Positions 35,954-47,574 of a DNA stretch of 64,000 bases are shown here, piece by piece. A program made the translations under genes and the position numbers. Source of the DNA: Lepidodermella squamata (taxonomy: Eukaryota; Animalia; Gastrotricha); the NCBI GenBank assembly GCA_047495785.1, contig JBLDXI010000024.1, positions 2,914,001 to 2,978,000 of the forward strand, given 5' to 3'. Under the pieces are notes generated by a model. The model was not told where the DNA came from. It saw only the letters and a program-made list of their open reading frames with translations, and did not search any database. How positions within the stretch are numbered: the stretch's first letter is position 1; the number at the start of each line of letters is the position of its first letter.

Positions 35954-38248
35954 ATGGCTCCATTGCGCGCTACCTTTTGGCTATCAATGGTGTCATTTTG
36001 TACCTGTAACGCGGCTGTTAGCCAACTCCCGAAGCTCGAGTTGGTCAACTTAGCAACAGTCATTCCTATTCCTGAGATAATGACTATGGTGAAAGCCTCT
36101 CAATTCGCTGTAGATCACATCAACTCAAGGAATGATATTCTACCCAACTACCAGATTGAGCTCAAAATATTGGATGAAGGTCTCGGAGTTAACGCGCTGA
36201 AACGTTTGATCGATTACCGAGCTAGCATATCCCCAGAAAAGACTCAGACCCCTATCGTAGTTGGGCCTGGTTTTTCATCCAGTTGCAAAGCTCTGGGGCC
36301 TGTCCTTAAACATTGCTATTCGATTGCAATAAGCCACACCTGCATTGCCCCGGTACTCGAAGATCACAGCGCTTATCCTGATTTATTTCTGTCAATAGCT
36401 TCATTCCGAGCTTCAGTCGTATCAATGCTTTTGTTCATGGCGAGAGTCGGCGGATGGGAAAACTTCGGAATATGGGTCAACTCGCCTTCATTCAACAACA
36501 TGGACACTGCTAAATTCATCCACGACAGGGCTGTTAGCTCAGGATTTAAGGTCCCATGGTTCAAGATATCAGACGACGTTTTCGCAGAAGATTTAGAGTC
36601 TTTTAAGAAAAGCGGGCTCAGAGTGGTCTACCTAAGCGTGACTAACACTTTGATGGTACTGAAGTTCCTCTGCGAAGCCCACAGAAGTGGTTTAGAGAGT
36701 TCTAGATATGTTTTCTTAGCTCAACAAGGCGCTGTTAGCATGATGAATGTATCGGCCAGCGATTGTTCGAGCGAGGTGATTATTAAGCAACTGAGGCAAA
36801 CCTTCTTCTTCGGTTCACTGATCACGCCAAATTACAAGCAAACAAGTGAAGTTGGAGTCACAAATCTCGACCTTATAAGACATCTGGACTCAACGTTGAA
36901 TGTTACCCAGCCTAATTATGCGGCTCCCTTCATCCACTTCGACGCAACACTAGCCGCTCTTCTCGCGTTAGATATGACAGACCGAAAGCTGAAACGTGAC
37001 TTCAACCTATCTCTTCTCGATTATCGTCGAATGCCAGAATTAGTCACGAAAGTTGCGAGGGAGGCTGTTTTGACGTTGAAGTACGATGGCGTTCGAAAGG
37101 GCGTGAAATTCTATAGCTCTATCGGTCACCTGCACGGCGACGACCAAACATTGGCTGTATATCGCGAAACAACCGGTGTGACTTACTTAGGTTCTGTCAG
37201 TCTCCGAAAATACAACGTATCAAACGAACTGTATGATCTGGGCAACTACGAAATCGAGCTAGCGGAACAAATCCAGTGGGCGAGGGGTAGGCCGCCAAAG
37301 GACATCCTCGAATCCAGGATAGAATACACGAAAATGGTTAACGAAATCTGCGCTTCTATCTGGATTATCGCTGCGGTAACAAGTTTCCTACAACTTGCTG
37401 AGATTCGTTTGATCTACAAATCAACCCACGGCCTTCCTAGATCGAAGATCCTCGGAATCCTTGGTTGCTTCGGTCTTAACATTGCTGCGGGAGTGTTTTC
37501 TCTAGAGCGGAAACCTGCGACTCAATTAGCCTCGATATCTCTTGTAATCCTTAGCCTACCGATTGTCATCGGCGTAATCTGCTTCCGGCCTTTCGTTTTG
37601 TTCCACAACGAACGCGAGAGAAAGTTCAAAACGAACCGACGCCAGTTGAAAAAGGTTCGCTTCTCGGTGGACCGGAAGTTGATTTACGAGCAAGTTCGAC
37701 TCCTGTGGAAGCAGCTGGATAAGACCTTAAGGGCGGTGACTATAGCATTCTCATTCCTTTGCGGAACAATCAGCGTTTCCTGGCTCTTCCGGCAGAATCT
37801 AAGCTGCAAAATGGTCCCGATTTCCAACCCGATCTATGTCGAAGATAGGGATGTTGTGTTGGAGACTTGGACTACGTCTTGTTGGGAAATGAATTTCGCC
37901 AGCTGGTTAATGCTAGCCATCCTCGCAATTTTAGAAATTCTCACATTGGTCCTAGCTATGATGGTCTCGTACCTCCTTAAGAGGATAGGCGGTGCGAAGC
38001 CTAGGAATGAATTCAAAGCGATGAGTGCTGGAATCGCAGTAGGGACGACTCTTTTCATCGCATCGATACTAATAGGAGTTGTTACTGTAACGAATCCTAT
38101 AGTTCAGCAAATTTCGCTCTCAAGCTGCATTTTGGCTTTTTCTCTCGCGGTTTCTACGACTTGGGCCGCGCCGCTTGTTCTTAAAAAATGGATTAAACAC
38201 CGTAAATCTTTAATGCTATTGTCACGGTCGCAACCCACTCAAGCGTGA
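35954..38248 (+). CDS. Intronless class C GPCR, GABA-B receptor-like (Venus flytrap + 7TM)
   Basis: Signal peptide, FAVDHINSRNDILPNYQI, VVGPGFSSSC, YPDLF, W..G.PPKD, then seven hydrophobic segments. No Cys-rich linker. Confidence 0.9.
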   Translation: MAPLRATFWLSMVSFCTCNAAVSQLPKLELVNLATVIPIPEIMTMVKASQFAVDHINSRNDILPNYQIELKILDEGLGVNALKRLIDYRASISPEKTQTPIVVGPGFSSSCKALGPVLKHCYSIAISHTCIAPVLEDHSAYPDLFLSIASFRASVVSMLLFMARVGGWENFGIWVNSPSFNNMDTAKFIHDRAVSSGFKVPWFKISDDVFAEDLESFKKSGLRVVYLSVTNTLMVLKFLCEAHRSGLESSRYVFLAQQGAVSMMNVSASDCSSEVIIKQLRQTFFFGSLITPNYKQTSEVGVTNLDLIRHLDSTLNVTQPNYAAPFIHFDATLAALLALDMTDRKLKRDFNLSLLDYRRMPELVTKVAREAVLTLKYDGVRKGVKFYSSIGHLHGDDQTLAVYRETTGVTYLGSVSLRKYNVSNELYDLGNYEIELAEQIQWARGRPPKDILESRIEYTKMVNEICASIWIIAAVTSFLQLAEIRLIYKSTHGLPRSKILGILGCFGLNIAAGVFSLERKPATQLASISLVILSLPIVIGVICFRPFVLFHNERERKFKTNRRQLKKVRFSVDRKLIYEQVRLLWKQLDKTLRAVTIAFSFLCGTISVSWLFRQNLSCKMVPISNPIYVEDRDVVLETWTTSCWEMNFASWLMLAILAILEILTLVLAMMVSYLLKRIGGAKPRNEFKAMSAGIAVGTTLFIASILIGVVTVTNPIVQQISLSSCILAFSLAVSTTWAAPLVLKKWIKHRKSLMLLSRSQPTQA

Positions 38249-38353
38249 TGTTATTTATTAAGGTATAAAAAACTGATATGGAGCTAATAAAAAATCACGG
38301 TTATATATGCATATATCAAGACTGAAACAACAAGTGTTTGATTGTTTTGTCAG

Positions 38354-41300
38354 TTACAAATGATGAGCATTTTTCGAAAGAATGGCCGCTGCAGTGCTTG
38401 GCGTGACGAATCTTGTAGCGAGGATTCGAGTGTCGCTGATTGTCAGGTACCGGCAGCCTGAGTCGAATTCGGTTATCACAACCCAGCCGCCATTTACCTG
38501 CAAGAAAAATTAGAAAATTCAGTGAGATTCAGAATGAGAAATATATCGCTTGGACTATTTTCAAGTTCAGATTTAAATTGGCCATAGGCAAAAAGAGAAA
38601 GAGGCTGAAGGAATGTTGATTATTAGGTCTAAAATATGTCTCTTATCCTAAGGTCCTAACTTCGATACCGATGCCAATTAAAATGTAAGGAATTGTGAAG
38701 AACATTTTTTTGGAGGCAAGTTTAGATTCATTCCAGATGCCATTAGATGCTACAGCTAATTCTATGCTGGAATTTCCGGCTCTGATCTAAGAATGTCAGC
38801 ATTTTATGATTCTATACTAGCGAAATTCAAAATACCTAAGAGATTGAGCTACTTTAAATCGTTTTCACTCTAGCCACTTTTAAATGTCTTTTTTTAATTT
38901 CTCACGTGCGTGAAAATGTAGCAAATTTCTACGCCATTCAATTGCTACTGAGCAACTTGGAAAAGAAACTGAGATTTCCAATTAATCGGGGCGTGTGGCT
39001 AGGACATTTTCCTGCAGTTTAAAACTCAATACGAGTACACTATACTGACGCGAATATCAATTTCATGGTCGATTGTAAGGTTAAATTGATGCAAGAGAAG
39101 TTTTGACAAAGAATGATGAACGATTATCAAGGCAAGACCCCTCGAGAATAAAAAACCCAAAAACCTTGGCATTGAGCATGATTAGAAAATCATTGAACTT
39201 TGGGTTGGTGAGTTGTGTTCTGCAGCGTGTCCCAGATTTTTTAATTTGGGAATTTTTTTGGAAATTAATGAAATTAAATTAAATTAAATTAAACTTACCG
39301 AGAAAAAATATTCCATCTTTTACAAGGAATGCTAGGGGAATGCTGATTAATAAGCTGTGACATTTTTTTGCTATTCTAAGGTGCTAATTCAGATTCCGAT
39401 GTCAAGTAAAATTGGAGGTAATTTTTTCATTCATCCCAACCTTGAGCTACAGCTAATTCTTCGCTGGAATTTCTGGCTCTGATCTAAGAATGTCCAAATT
39501 TTACGATAGCCCACGAACAATTTCATATCCTTCAAAATACCTGAAAAATCGAGCTACTTTGGACGTAACTTTTATGATTTTCACACGTGCGTACAGATGT
39601 AGCAAATGTAATGAAATCCATTCCATCTCGTAGTTACTTTTGATTGCCACTATTTATCTCGGTAAAATAAGAAACTAAGATTTCTAATTATTTAGGGCGC
39701 GTGACTAGGATATTTTTCTCGAGTTCAATCACACTGACGCGAATATCAATTTCAGTGTCGGTTGTAAGCTTAAATTGGTGTCTGTGGAATTCTCCGTGTT
39801 GTCCGTGAAATTTGAATTTCCCGGTTCAGTGCAAGATTTTAGATAAATAACAATATTAAAGGCAAGACTCGCATTGCTCCTATAAAAAAACCCCAAAAAT
39901 TGAATTAACCCTGGCAGAGAGCATGAGTTAGGAAAAATGAAATGTGAGTCATGTGACCAGGTTTTCCAATACCTTAGGTTTTCGGGTTTCTTGCTATTCT
40001 TTGAATTTCAATTTCAATTTCAAAGAATAGAAAATTATCGGAAAAAAACCCGGAAATCCCTGATGGTAACTTTCGGTACTGGTTTGGTAATTTTCGGTAT
40101 TTTACCCGGTATTTTTTCTTTATTATGAGGGTGTCCCAGAAGTTGCGCAATTATTATATAATTTGGCAACTTTTTGTAAAAAATCCAATTTTTTTAAATC
40201 CACAAAGAGATCTTTTACCCGCGAAATAAAACATTTACCGAAGAAAACCCTGGAAAACCCTGATGGTAACTCTTTCGGTAATTTTCGGAATTTTACCCAA
40301 ACTTCTCAGGACATTTTATATATTTTATATTGTATATAAAATTTCGCCTCGGATTGTTTTTCAAATTCCATAAGAAAATAAAAATTCAAAGCTATTTTTG
40401 AAAATTCGAAATAACTCACGATATCACAGGCACGAATGTGCATGAGATGAAGGTCGCGGTTAACCGTCGCCACCTTGGCGTAATTCGTCTCGCCCCTCGC
40501 ACCACCGTTCCGCCTCAGCTCCTCCATATCAACCCGCGCGAGAATCGCAACAGGAAACGGTATGATCTGCGACCAAATGTGGCGAAGATTTACCACCGAG
40601 TACACCTTAGTCGCACCGGGTGACACCGTGACCTCATGAACACTGATCGGCAACCTAGTCCAGGCGTTATGAGGCACCTGAGACTTGTCGTGGTGCAAAT
40701 AATAAGTTCGATGGCGAAGTTGGCGGATAAATCGCGAGACGGGTAGCTGCTCGTGCCATAGACGGGCGACTGTCATGTCTGGGGCGTCGGCGTAGTCGAG
40801 CCGGTCGAAATGGTACCGGTATTTGTAAACATGGCCGTGGCGAGTTTTGGTTACAAACGAACTAGCAAGCCCGGCTTTGCTGAAAAATCCTTGCGATGCG
40901 AATGAGTCGGCTTTGATCTGTCTCGTAAATCGTTCAAAGACCGGTATCACTTTTCGGGGAGTTTGAAATTCGTCGAAGAAAGCACTGTTGAACACGATTT
41001 GGCTCGAGGATAGGAAATTATGCCAGCTAAAAAATTGAAAATAAAAAGAATACTTTAATGGCATCTTCATAATATATTATCCCAATTTTTCACTGTTTAA
41101 AATTTTGATTATTCCAGCCTAAATGGAGGAAAAATTTCGAAATAATTATGCAACGTTGCGATTTTTACAATTTAAATTTCTTTTCGAGATTTTAAAAGAT
41201 ACGAAAATATTTGAAACAATCTCTGCATAATTTCGAAAAATAAAAATTGAAACGCGAACCGATTTAAAAAAAAATTGAAATTTTCGATTATTTTAAAATT

Positions 41301-42088
41301 CAATTTCAATATAAAATTAAAAATAAAAAAAAATCAATTTTTTATCAGTTCAGCTAATCTTCATTGGTTCTATGTCAATTGAGCAAACGAAAATTGGGCA
41401 ACGATAATAGAGCAAGGACTTTTGAGCAACGATATTAGAGCAAACGAAATTTGAGCAAAACGACTTTTCGCCAAAATGAGATTAGAGCAAAACGACACGA
41501 GCAAATTTTATTTACAATAAATAACAGCTGCAATTAAGTATTAAATTTGCTCTCGTGTCGTTTTGCTTTAATCTCATTTTGGCGAAAAGTCGTTTTGCTC
41601 AAATTTCGTTTGCTCTAATATCGTTGCTCAAAAGTCCTTGCTCTATTATCGTTGCCCAATTTTCGTTTGCTCAATTGACATAGAACTTGCTTTAATTGCT
41701 TTAATTACTTTAATTTTCAACATTCTCAAGGCCTTTTCCGTTCATTTTTTAATTCAAAATTTAAATTCAAATTCAAATTTTAAAATTCAAAATTTAAATA
41801 TGTTTTCATTTTTAAAATTTTTAAAATTTTTTAGAAATTCACTAACCTCTTGCAAACTTGCGTGCAGTTCCGGTAAAGATCGCGAAACGGTAAGTAATTG
41901 AAAATTTGGCAGGCAATCTCTCGAGGTAAATCATCAACAATTGAACATCGGCGGATGTAGGTCAAATTCCGAGATCGAGCATAGCCTTTACTGGCTGCGG
42001 ATGGTTGGTTGGTGCCATGCCGGGGCTTTTTGTCGGCTGCCGCAGGGCTCGCTTCGTTGTGAAGAACACGCAGGCCACGTTTTGCCAT
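38354..42088 (-). CDS. Second F-box protein with FBA-like C-terminus
   Basis: Exons 42088-41847, 41026-40420, 38497-38354 join in frame. F-box IVDDLPREIACQIFNYLPFRDLYRNCTQVCKSW. The last exon FDSGCRYLTIS is homologous to YPSGLRYLAVS of the first F-box gene. Confidence 0.75.
38700..39960. repeat. Diverged direct duplication (about 0.55-kb units, about 0.7-kb offset) in an F-box intron
   Basis: Blocks such as GCTACAGCTAATTCT..GCTCTGATCTAAGAATGTC and CTGACGCGAATATCAATTTCA each occur twice. Confidence 0.7.
41367..41686. mobile_element. Palindromic foldback MITE with GAGCAA repeats
   Basis: Near-perfect arms of about 140 bp starting GTTCTATGTCAATTGAGCAAACG. Related to 43873-44164. Confidence 0.85.
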
Positions 42089-43148
42089 AATGAAGTTTCC
42101 AAACGATGTTTTCTACTTCAACGAAACTAACGTTATGTCAATGGGAATGTGACGTACCTGTCCGTCTCATCAGTAATGGCTAACATAAATGTTGTCGAAA
42201 GCTGTTACAGAGCATCAGGTTGGTACAGAATGTTTGATCTTGGAAAGCACCAGCCTACATTTGTTCAGCTGGGTCATGGATTTCACCTGTTTTCTGAGAA
42301 TAAAATCAGAGCAATTCAAGTAAGAGATGAAATTTGAATAATTTTAAGATTGATGCAAATAATGGCCTTCCGGGAGTTAAACATGGATCAGCCTTTAAAA
42401 CGGAATTCCAGATTTTTTTTAAAATTTCTTGAAACATTATGTCACGTGAAGCAGGGGATATTAGACAGGTCTAACTTGGAAGGTATGGAATTTTCAGGGT
42501 CGAAGGCTAGACTAGTTCGAAAGCACAAAATCACACACTGAAATTTGAAATTTCTTGAATTAAAAAAACCGACGCGCCAGCTGGTTTTTGTTTTCACTCA
42601 ATTCGACTCAATTATCCGAGGTAAATCCTGAATATTGACAATCATTGGCCGACCGTTGTGAATGCAATTAGAGCGTCCGAAATTAGTTTCTAATTTTTCA
42701 AAATTCAAGTTTAAAAAATCAGGTGAAAATTGAGAAATTCTCAACATTTCCAGGAAAATCAACTTGCCAGAATTTTTCTTTAGTTTCACATAATTTATTA
42801 GGAAAAAGCTGGGTTTTAACCTTTCTGTCGAATGGAAATGATCGTTTACATCATTCAATCGATGATTCATTGTTGAAATCTTTTAAAAATTACCAATTTA
42901 TTGAACTCTGCCCACTCAGTAAAATGGGTCACGCACGTACATATTGGGAAATTCGATGATAATCTTATTTCAGATAATTTTCTCAATATAGGTAGCACCT
43001 GCCATACCTAGTGAACAAAAGATAAATTCTAGGCACCTAGCCAATATTTCGATAATTTATTTGTCGCTTTTTTTCCCGCAACAGCTGTTATCAATATTTT
43101 ATTAACAGGAACAGTTTCAGACATCATTGGCGCGATAACAAAATAAAA

Positions 43149-45295
43149 ATGGGTGATGATTTTCGGCCTGAACCAAGGCCGTGCTATTGCTTCGGGGACG
43201 AGTGCCCGGACTGGCCAACCCGTCTCATCCTACACGGCATCATCGAGCCTGTCCAAGCTGCTGTCATCGTTATCAGTTGCCTGGCTGCAACTCGACAGCT
43301 TACCATAGCAATAAACCGCGTCACACTTCACTTAACCGAAATTCCCAGCCAAACGTCCATCGATGCGCATCGATTCTACAGCGCGTTGCGGAAACTACTG
43401 AGAGCCGTGTTAGCCTATGCCGGGAATCGAATTCTGGAGCTGTTCCGGGCCGAGTCGCACATCATGCGGTACCAGGGCAGACCCGGCGCCACAATGTGCG
43501 TCTTCTTCTTTTTCCTAGGCAAATTTTTCAAAACCGCCGCTGTGACGTACATTGAAATTTTCGAAATGTCCATACTGTGGGAGCCTTTGCTACGAGTTTT
43601 CGTCTTTCGATCTCGGAAAAATCACTTTTCGGTTGTATCCAGCCGGCTTTTCAGTGGAGTGGCTGTTATTACATCGGGCATTGTCGGCGTTTTAGGGCTG
43701 GACATGTTTCGCTGTGAGCCTTGTGGCGAACCGCAGTATGAGCTGTACCAGTTTGTGCAGAAATTACCGACTAATAGGACGGAGTTCAAGGTCCTAGAAA
43801 TGCTGAACAACGTCGAGTCTTACGTTGGGACAGCTCTAACAGGTTAGCCACTATATTGTCATATCTTTAACTGGTTCTAGCTAATTGAGCAAACGAGATA
43901 ATTGAGCAACGAAAATTGAACAAGGGCTTTTGAGCAACGATATAAGAGAAAACGAAAAAAGAGCAAAATGACATAAGAGCAAATGTTGTTTACAATAAAT
44001 AAGAGCTACAATGAATTATTAAATTTGCTCTTCTGTCATTTTGCTCTTTTTTCGTTTGCTCTTTTTTCGTTTTGCTCTAATTTCGTTTGCTCTTATGTCG
44101 TTGCTCAAAAGCCCTTCCTCTATTTTCGTTGCTCAATTCTCGTTTGCTCAATTAGCATAGAACCCTTTAACTTTATGATACTCCGGATAAATTAAATGAA
44201 GCTATGATATGAAAGGTGGTACGACAATATAGCCCAAGACATAATAGCCCCGACATTATAGCCCCGCGACGATATATCCCAAGAAAATTAATTTGTTCAC
44301 GCCACAATTTAGCCCCTGCCAGTTCGTCTCGATATGATTTAGAAATTTTACGCTCAATGCCTCATTTCTGGGCAATTTCAAAAGTTATTTCTCGGATTCA
44401 GAAAATAAGCTAGTGCATTTTTGCATATGATGCAAATTCGAAGCTAAGAGGCCTCGTATTTCCCGATGAAAAGTTGAAGTTCAATATTAAAACTCAGTCT
44501 TTCTCACAAAATTTGCCCCTACAGAATTATAGAATTCTCTGATAGCAGCCTGAAATGTGTCCACATTTTCGGATGATTAATTTTGATGCTCTGGCATTAA
44601 TTTTTTTCGAATTTTACCAATTTCGACATTTTTTTGTTCTTGATTATAATGGTGCCTATATTCAACTAGGATTTTTTTAATGCAAGTTACATGGAACCTC
44701 AAATTCAGCCCTGATGGACCCTATATAGCATTTTCCACTTCAAACTTTTAAAGCTATAAAGGAGAAGTTAAGGAGGATCCAAATCGCCGTGATGAGCTTT
44801 CTGTCGCACTGCTTTTAGATTGATAATTGAAAATGTCCTAAAAAGCTCCCTAAAATCTCTCATGCAAAAACAAAGCAAAGTTTCCGCAATTATAACTTGT
44901 CTACTTGTCTTATTCCAACGTATTCAATAGGTGCGATCATGCTAGGTTCGATTCTCATGGCGCCATCAGTAAACACCATCTGGAGAACTGTAACAAGAGG
45001 CATCAAATTGCCAGTCCCAAAGCGCCTGATTCTAATGTCACTAGCCGGAGCATTCTTCACCGGACTCCACCGCATCCTACATCACGTTAACAGGGGCTTC
45101 AACGCCCCTAAAATTCCACCCTCAGTTCAATGGCAACATCCAGAACTCAGTTTACGCATGACTTGCGCCATCTACGGCTACCCACTCGTAGACGACTGGC
45201 ATTGCAATATTGAGTACATCATCATGCACATCGAACACGTTTTCCTCATCATTTGCCCGCTTGCCCTAGCCACGTATCTGAGTTCACAGAAATGA
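43149..45295 (+). CDS. Uncharacterised multi-pass membrane protein (about 352 aa, possibly 7TM)
   Basis: Exons 43149-43842 and 44931-45295 join in phase 1. Several hydrophobic helices with Cys-containing loops. Confidence 0.6.
43873..44164. mobile_element. Foldback MITE, same family as 41367-41686, with 8-bp TSD
   Basis: GGTTCTA..TAGAACC termini. Direct repeat CTTTAACT at 43865-43872 and 44165-44172. Confidence 0.85.
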
Positions 45296-45345
45296 TGACG
45301 TGAATCATACTTTCCCATATAACGTATAACGTATTAGCTAAAACA

Positions 45346-47423
45346 ATGTTCAGTCTATTTAACATGAAGTTGCATTACTTATCATCTGTTCTCCTACTAA
45401 TCTCTGTTAGTTCTGCTGTTGAAGTCGAAATTCTTGATAATTCACCAGATCAGGACAGAACAACCGATGTAGCTGAACCTTTAACTGTGGACAGTTGTTC
45501 CCGTTATCCTTTATTGGTAATCTACGAACGCCCACCTGGCGTGAACCCTAGAACCAACCAGCCAATTACTGGCATCATTCAGTATGTAGCTAGGTTCAAC
45601 GAAAGCCAAAGAACAGCTTCATGGGCAGTTTATTCCTTCAATTCAAGAATGGGCCCGTTTGGCATCAGGCGGAGAGATGCAAACTCATGGCGGCCTCTGA
45701 CCTGCCCGCAACGAAATTTGACCCAATTGAGGGCTCAAAACTTCACGTCGAGGGATAGGGGTGATTTAGTTCCTTTCGACTCTTTCAGTTACAGTTTACA
45801 AGCAGCGAAAGGGACGTTCTTTTTCGTTAATGCAGCCCCTCAGGATATCTATGCAAATCGAGGCCCTTGGGCTAAACTAGAGGCTCAGACTAAGTCGAAG
45901 TTACTGCAGTTCAAAAACGGTTACGTCGCCTCAGGTATCTGCGCCAATTCAACGAATTTAGTTCCAGATTGCTTCTGGAAACTTCTCTGCGTTAAACTGA
46001 GTAGTACCGGACCTGTTACAGCCGCGTACTTCATGCATGACAATCGAGGTGTTACTCTAGATAGGGATGACAGACGTAGGGAAATCGCATGGCCTAGAGA
46101 AGTTGCGACTCTGAAAGCAAATGCATCGATGGTAGCGGATTACGACTTCATGTGGCAGTCAGCTGCAAATTTCACATCGAGCTCCTCGAGTTACTTTTGG
46201 CCAACTGCAGAAGAATGCCGTCTACAGAGCAGCCTGCCCTTCAAAAGCCTTGATGAGCTTTACGAAAAGAAGGTAAGATTCATTGGGTAAGATTCAGTGA
46301 GTACAAGCATTCACCTTGGATTTGTTTTCAGCTTAATGGTACGGATGATCTGATCCGGCAATTCTGGATCTCGATCTCCCTCGCAATCTGGAAACGGCCT
46401 CCAGTAACAGCATCTACTACGACAACCCTAGCCCCTTCGATACCATACGTTTCTGAATCTTTCCCGGTTGATAGTTGCGAGAAGTACCCCGTCATTATTG
46501 TCTACGAAAAAGCTCCGGTAGCCAACCCAGTCGCGCCCGGAGTCGTCGAATACGTTATTAGGTTCAACGAGGCTATCAAAACAGCAGCTTGGACCATTTA
46601 CGCCTACAACAGTAGGATGTCGTCAATGGGTGTTAATCGAGACGATGCTGATACCTGGAAAACGTTTTCATGTCCTAAACGGACTGTAGCTCAGCTGGCA
46701 ACGGCGGATTTCTCGGGTAGAGATCGAGGCCATCTAGTACCTTTCGACGCGTTTTCTTACAACTTACCAGCTGGGAAAGCAACCTTCTTCGTGCTGAACG
46801 CAGCTCCTCAGGATATTTATACGAACCGAGGGCCTTGGGCGCAATTGGAGGCCGTGGTGAAGGACACGCTTCTCCAGCTTAAAAATGGGTACGTCGCGAC
46901 TGGAGTCTGCAACAATGCCGTGAATTTAGTGCCGGATTGCTTTTGGAAACTGATGTGCGTTAAATTGGGCAATGGCCCGGTAACTTCGGCCTATTTCACG
47001 TTTGATAACCGAGTTTCAATGAATGATAACGACACTCTGAGAGATGGTCGTAAGGTCGAGTTGGCATTCCCTCGGGAGATTTCCTATTTCAAGAATAACG
47101 CGTCGATGATCACTGACTACGACAATATGTGGCAAACTGCGTTCAAGTTCGCAAACGGCAGTTCAGATGCGCAATGGCCTACCCCTGAGCAGTGCAGACA
47201 GCAAAGCAACTTGCCATTCACGAGCATTGATGAAATGTACGAGAATAAGGTGAGATAACTGCAATGATTTAGGAGCCAAAATCTAACTTATTAACTTTTG
47301 CAGCTGACTGGGAATGACGAGGTTATCCGCCAATTCTGGCTGTCGGTTTCGATGCGAATCTGGAAGCGGCCACCGAGAACTACACCCAAAGCTACGACTA
47401 CAAAAGCAACGAGCGGACGCTAA
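45346..47423 (+). CDS. Secreted DNA/RNA non-specific endonuclease with two tandem domains
   Basis: Exons 45346-46272, 46332-47249, 47304-47423. Signal peptide. RDRG(D/H)LVP..N.APQ..NRGPW..LE..VPDCFWK occurs twice, with a Thr-rich linker. Confidence 0.85.
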
Positions 47424-47574
47424 AAATATTCCGATTATTTTTACAATTCAACTATGGAAAACATTTTTACGGTCCAATAAAAGCTTGTTTATACTTTCAC
47501 TCGTCTTTCGCCATTGTTTGAAAATGAATGGAAGGATTACTACGACGCTTAGTCGTTAGTATTTCATTTTATAC

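Noticed and set aside
41367-44164. Periodic GAGCAA repeats as a CRISPR-like array
   Set aside because: They are palindromic MITE arms (one with an 8-bp TSD) inside eukaryotic introns. No spacers and no cas genes.
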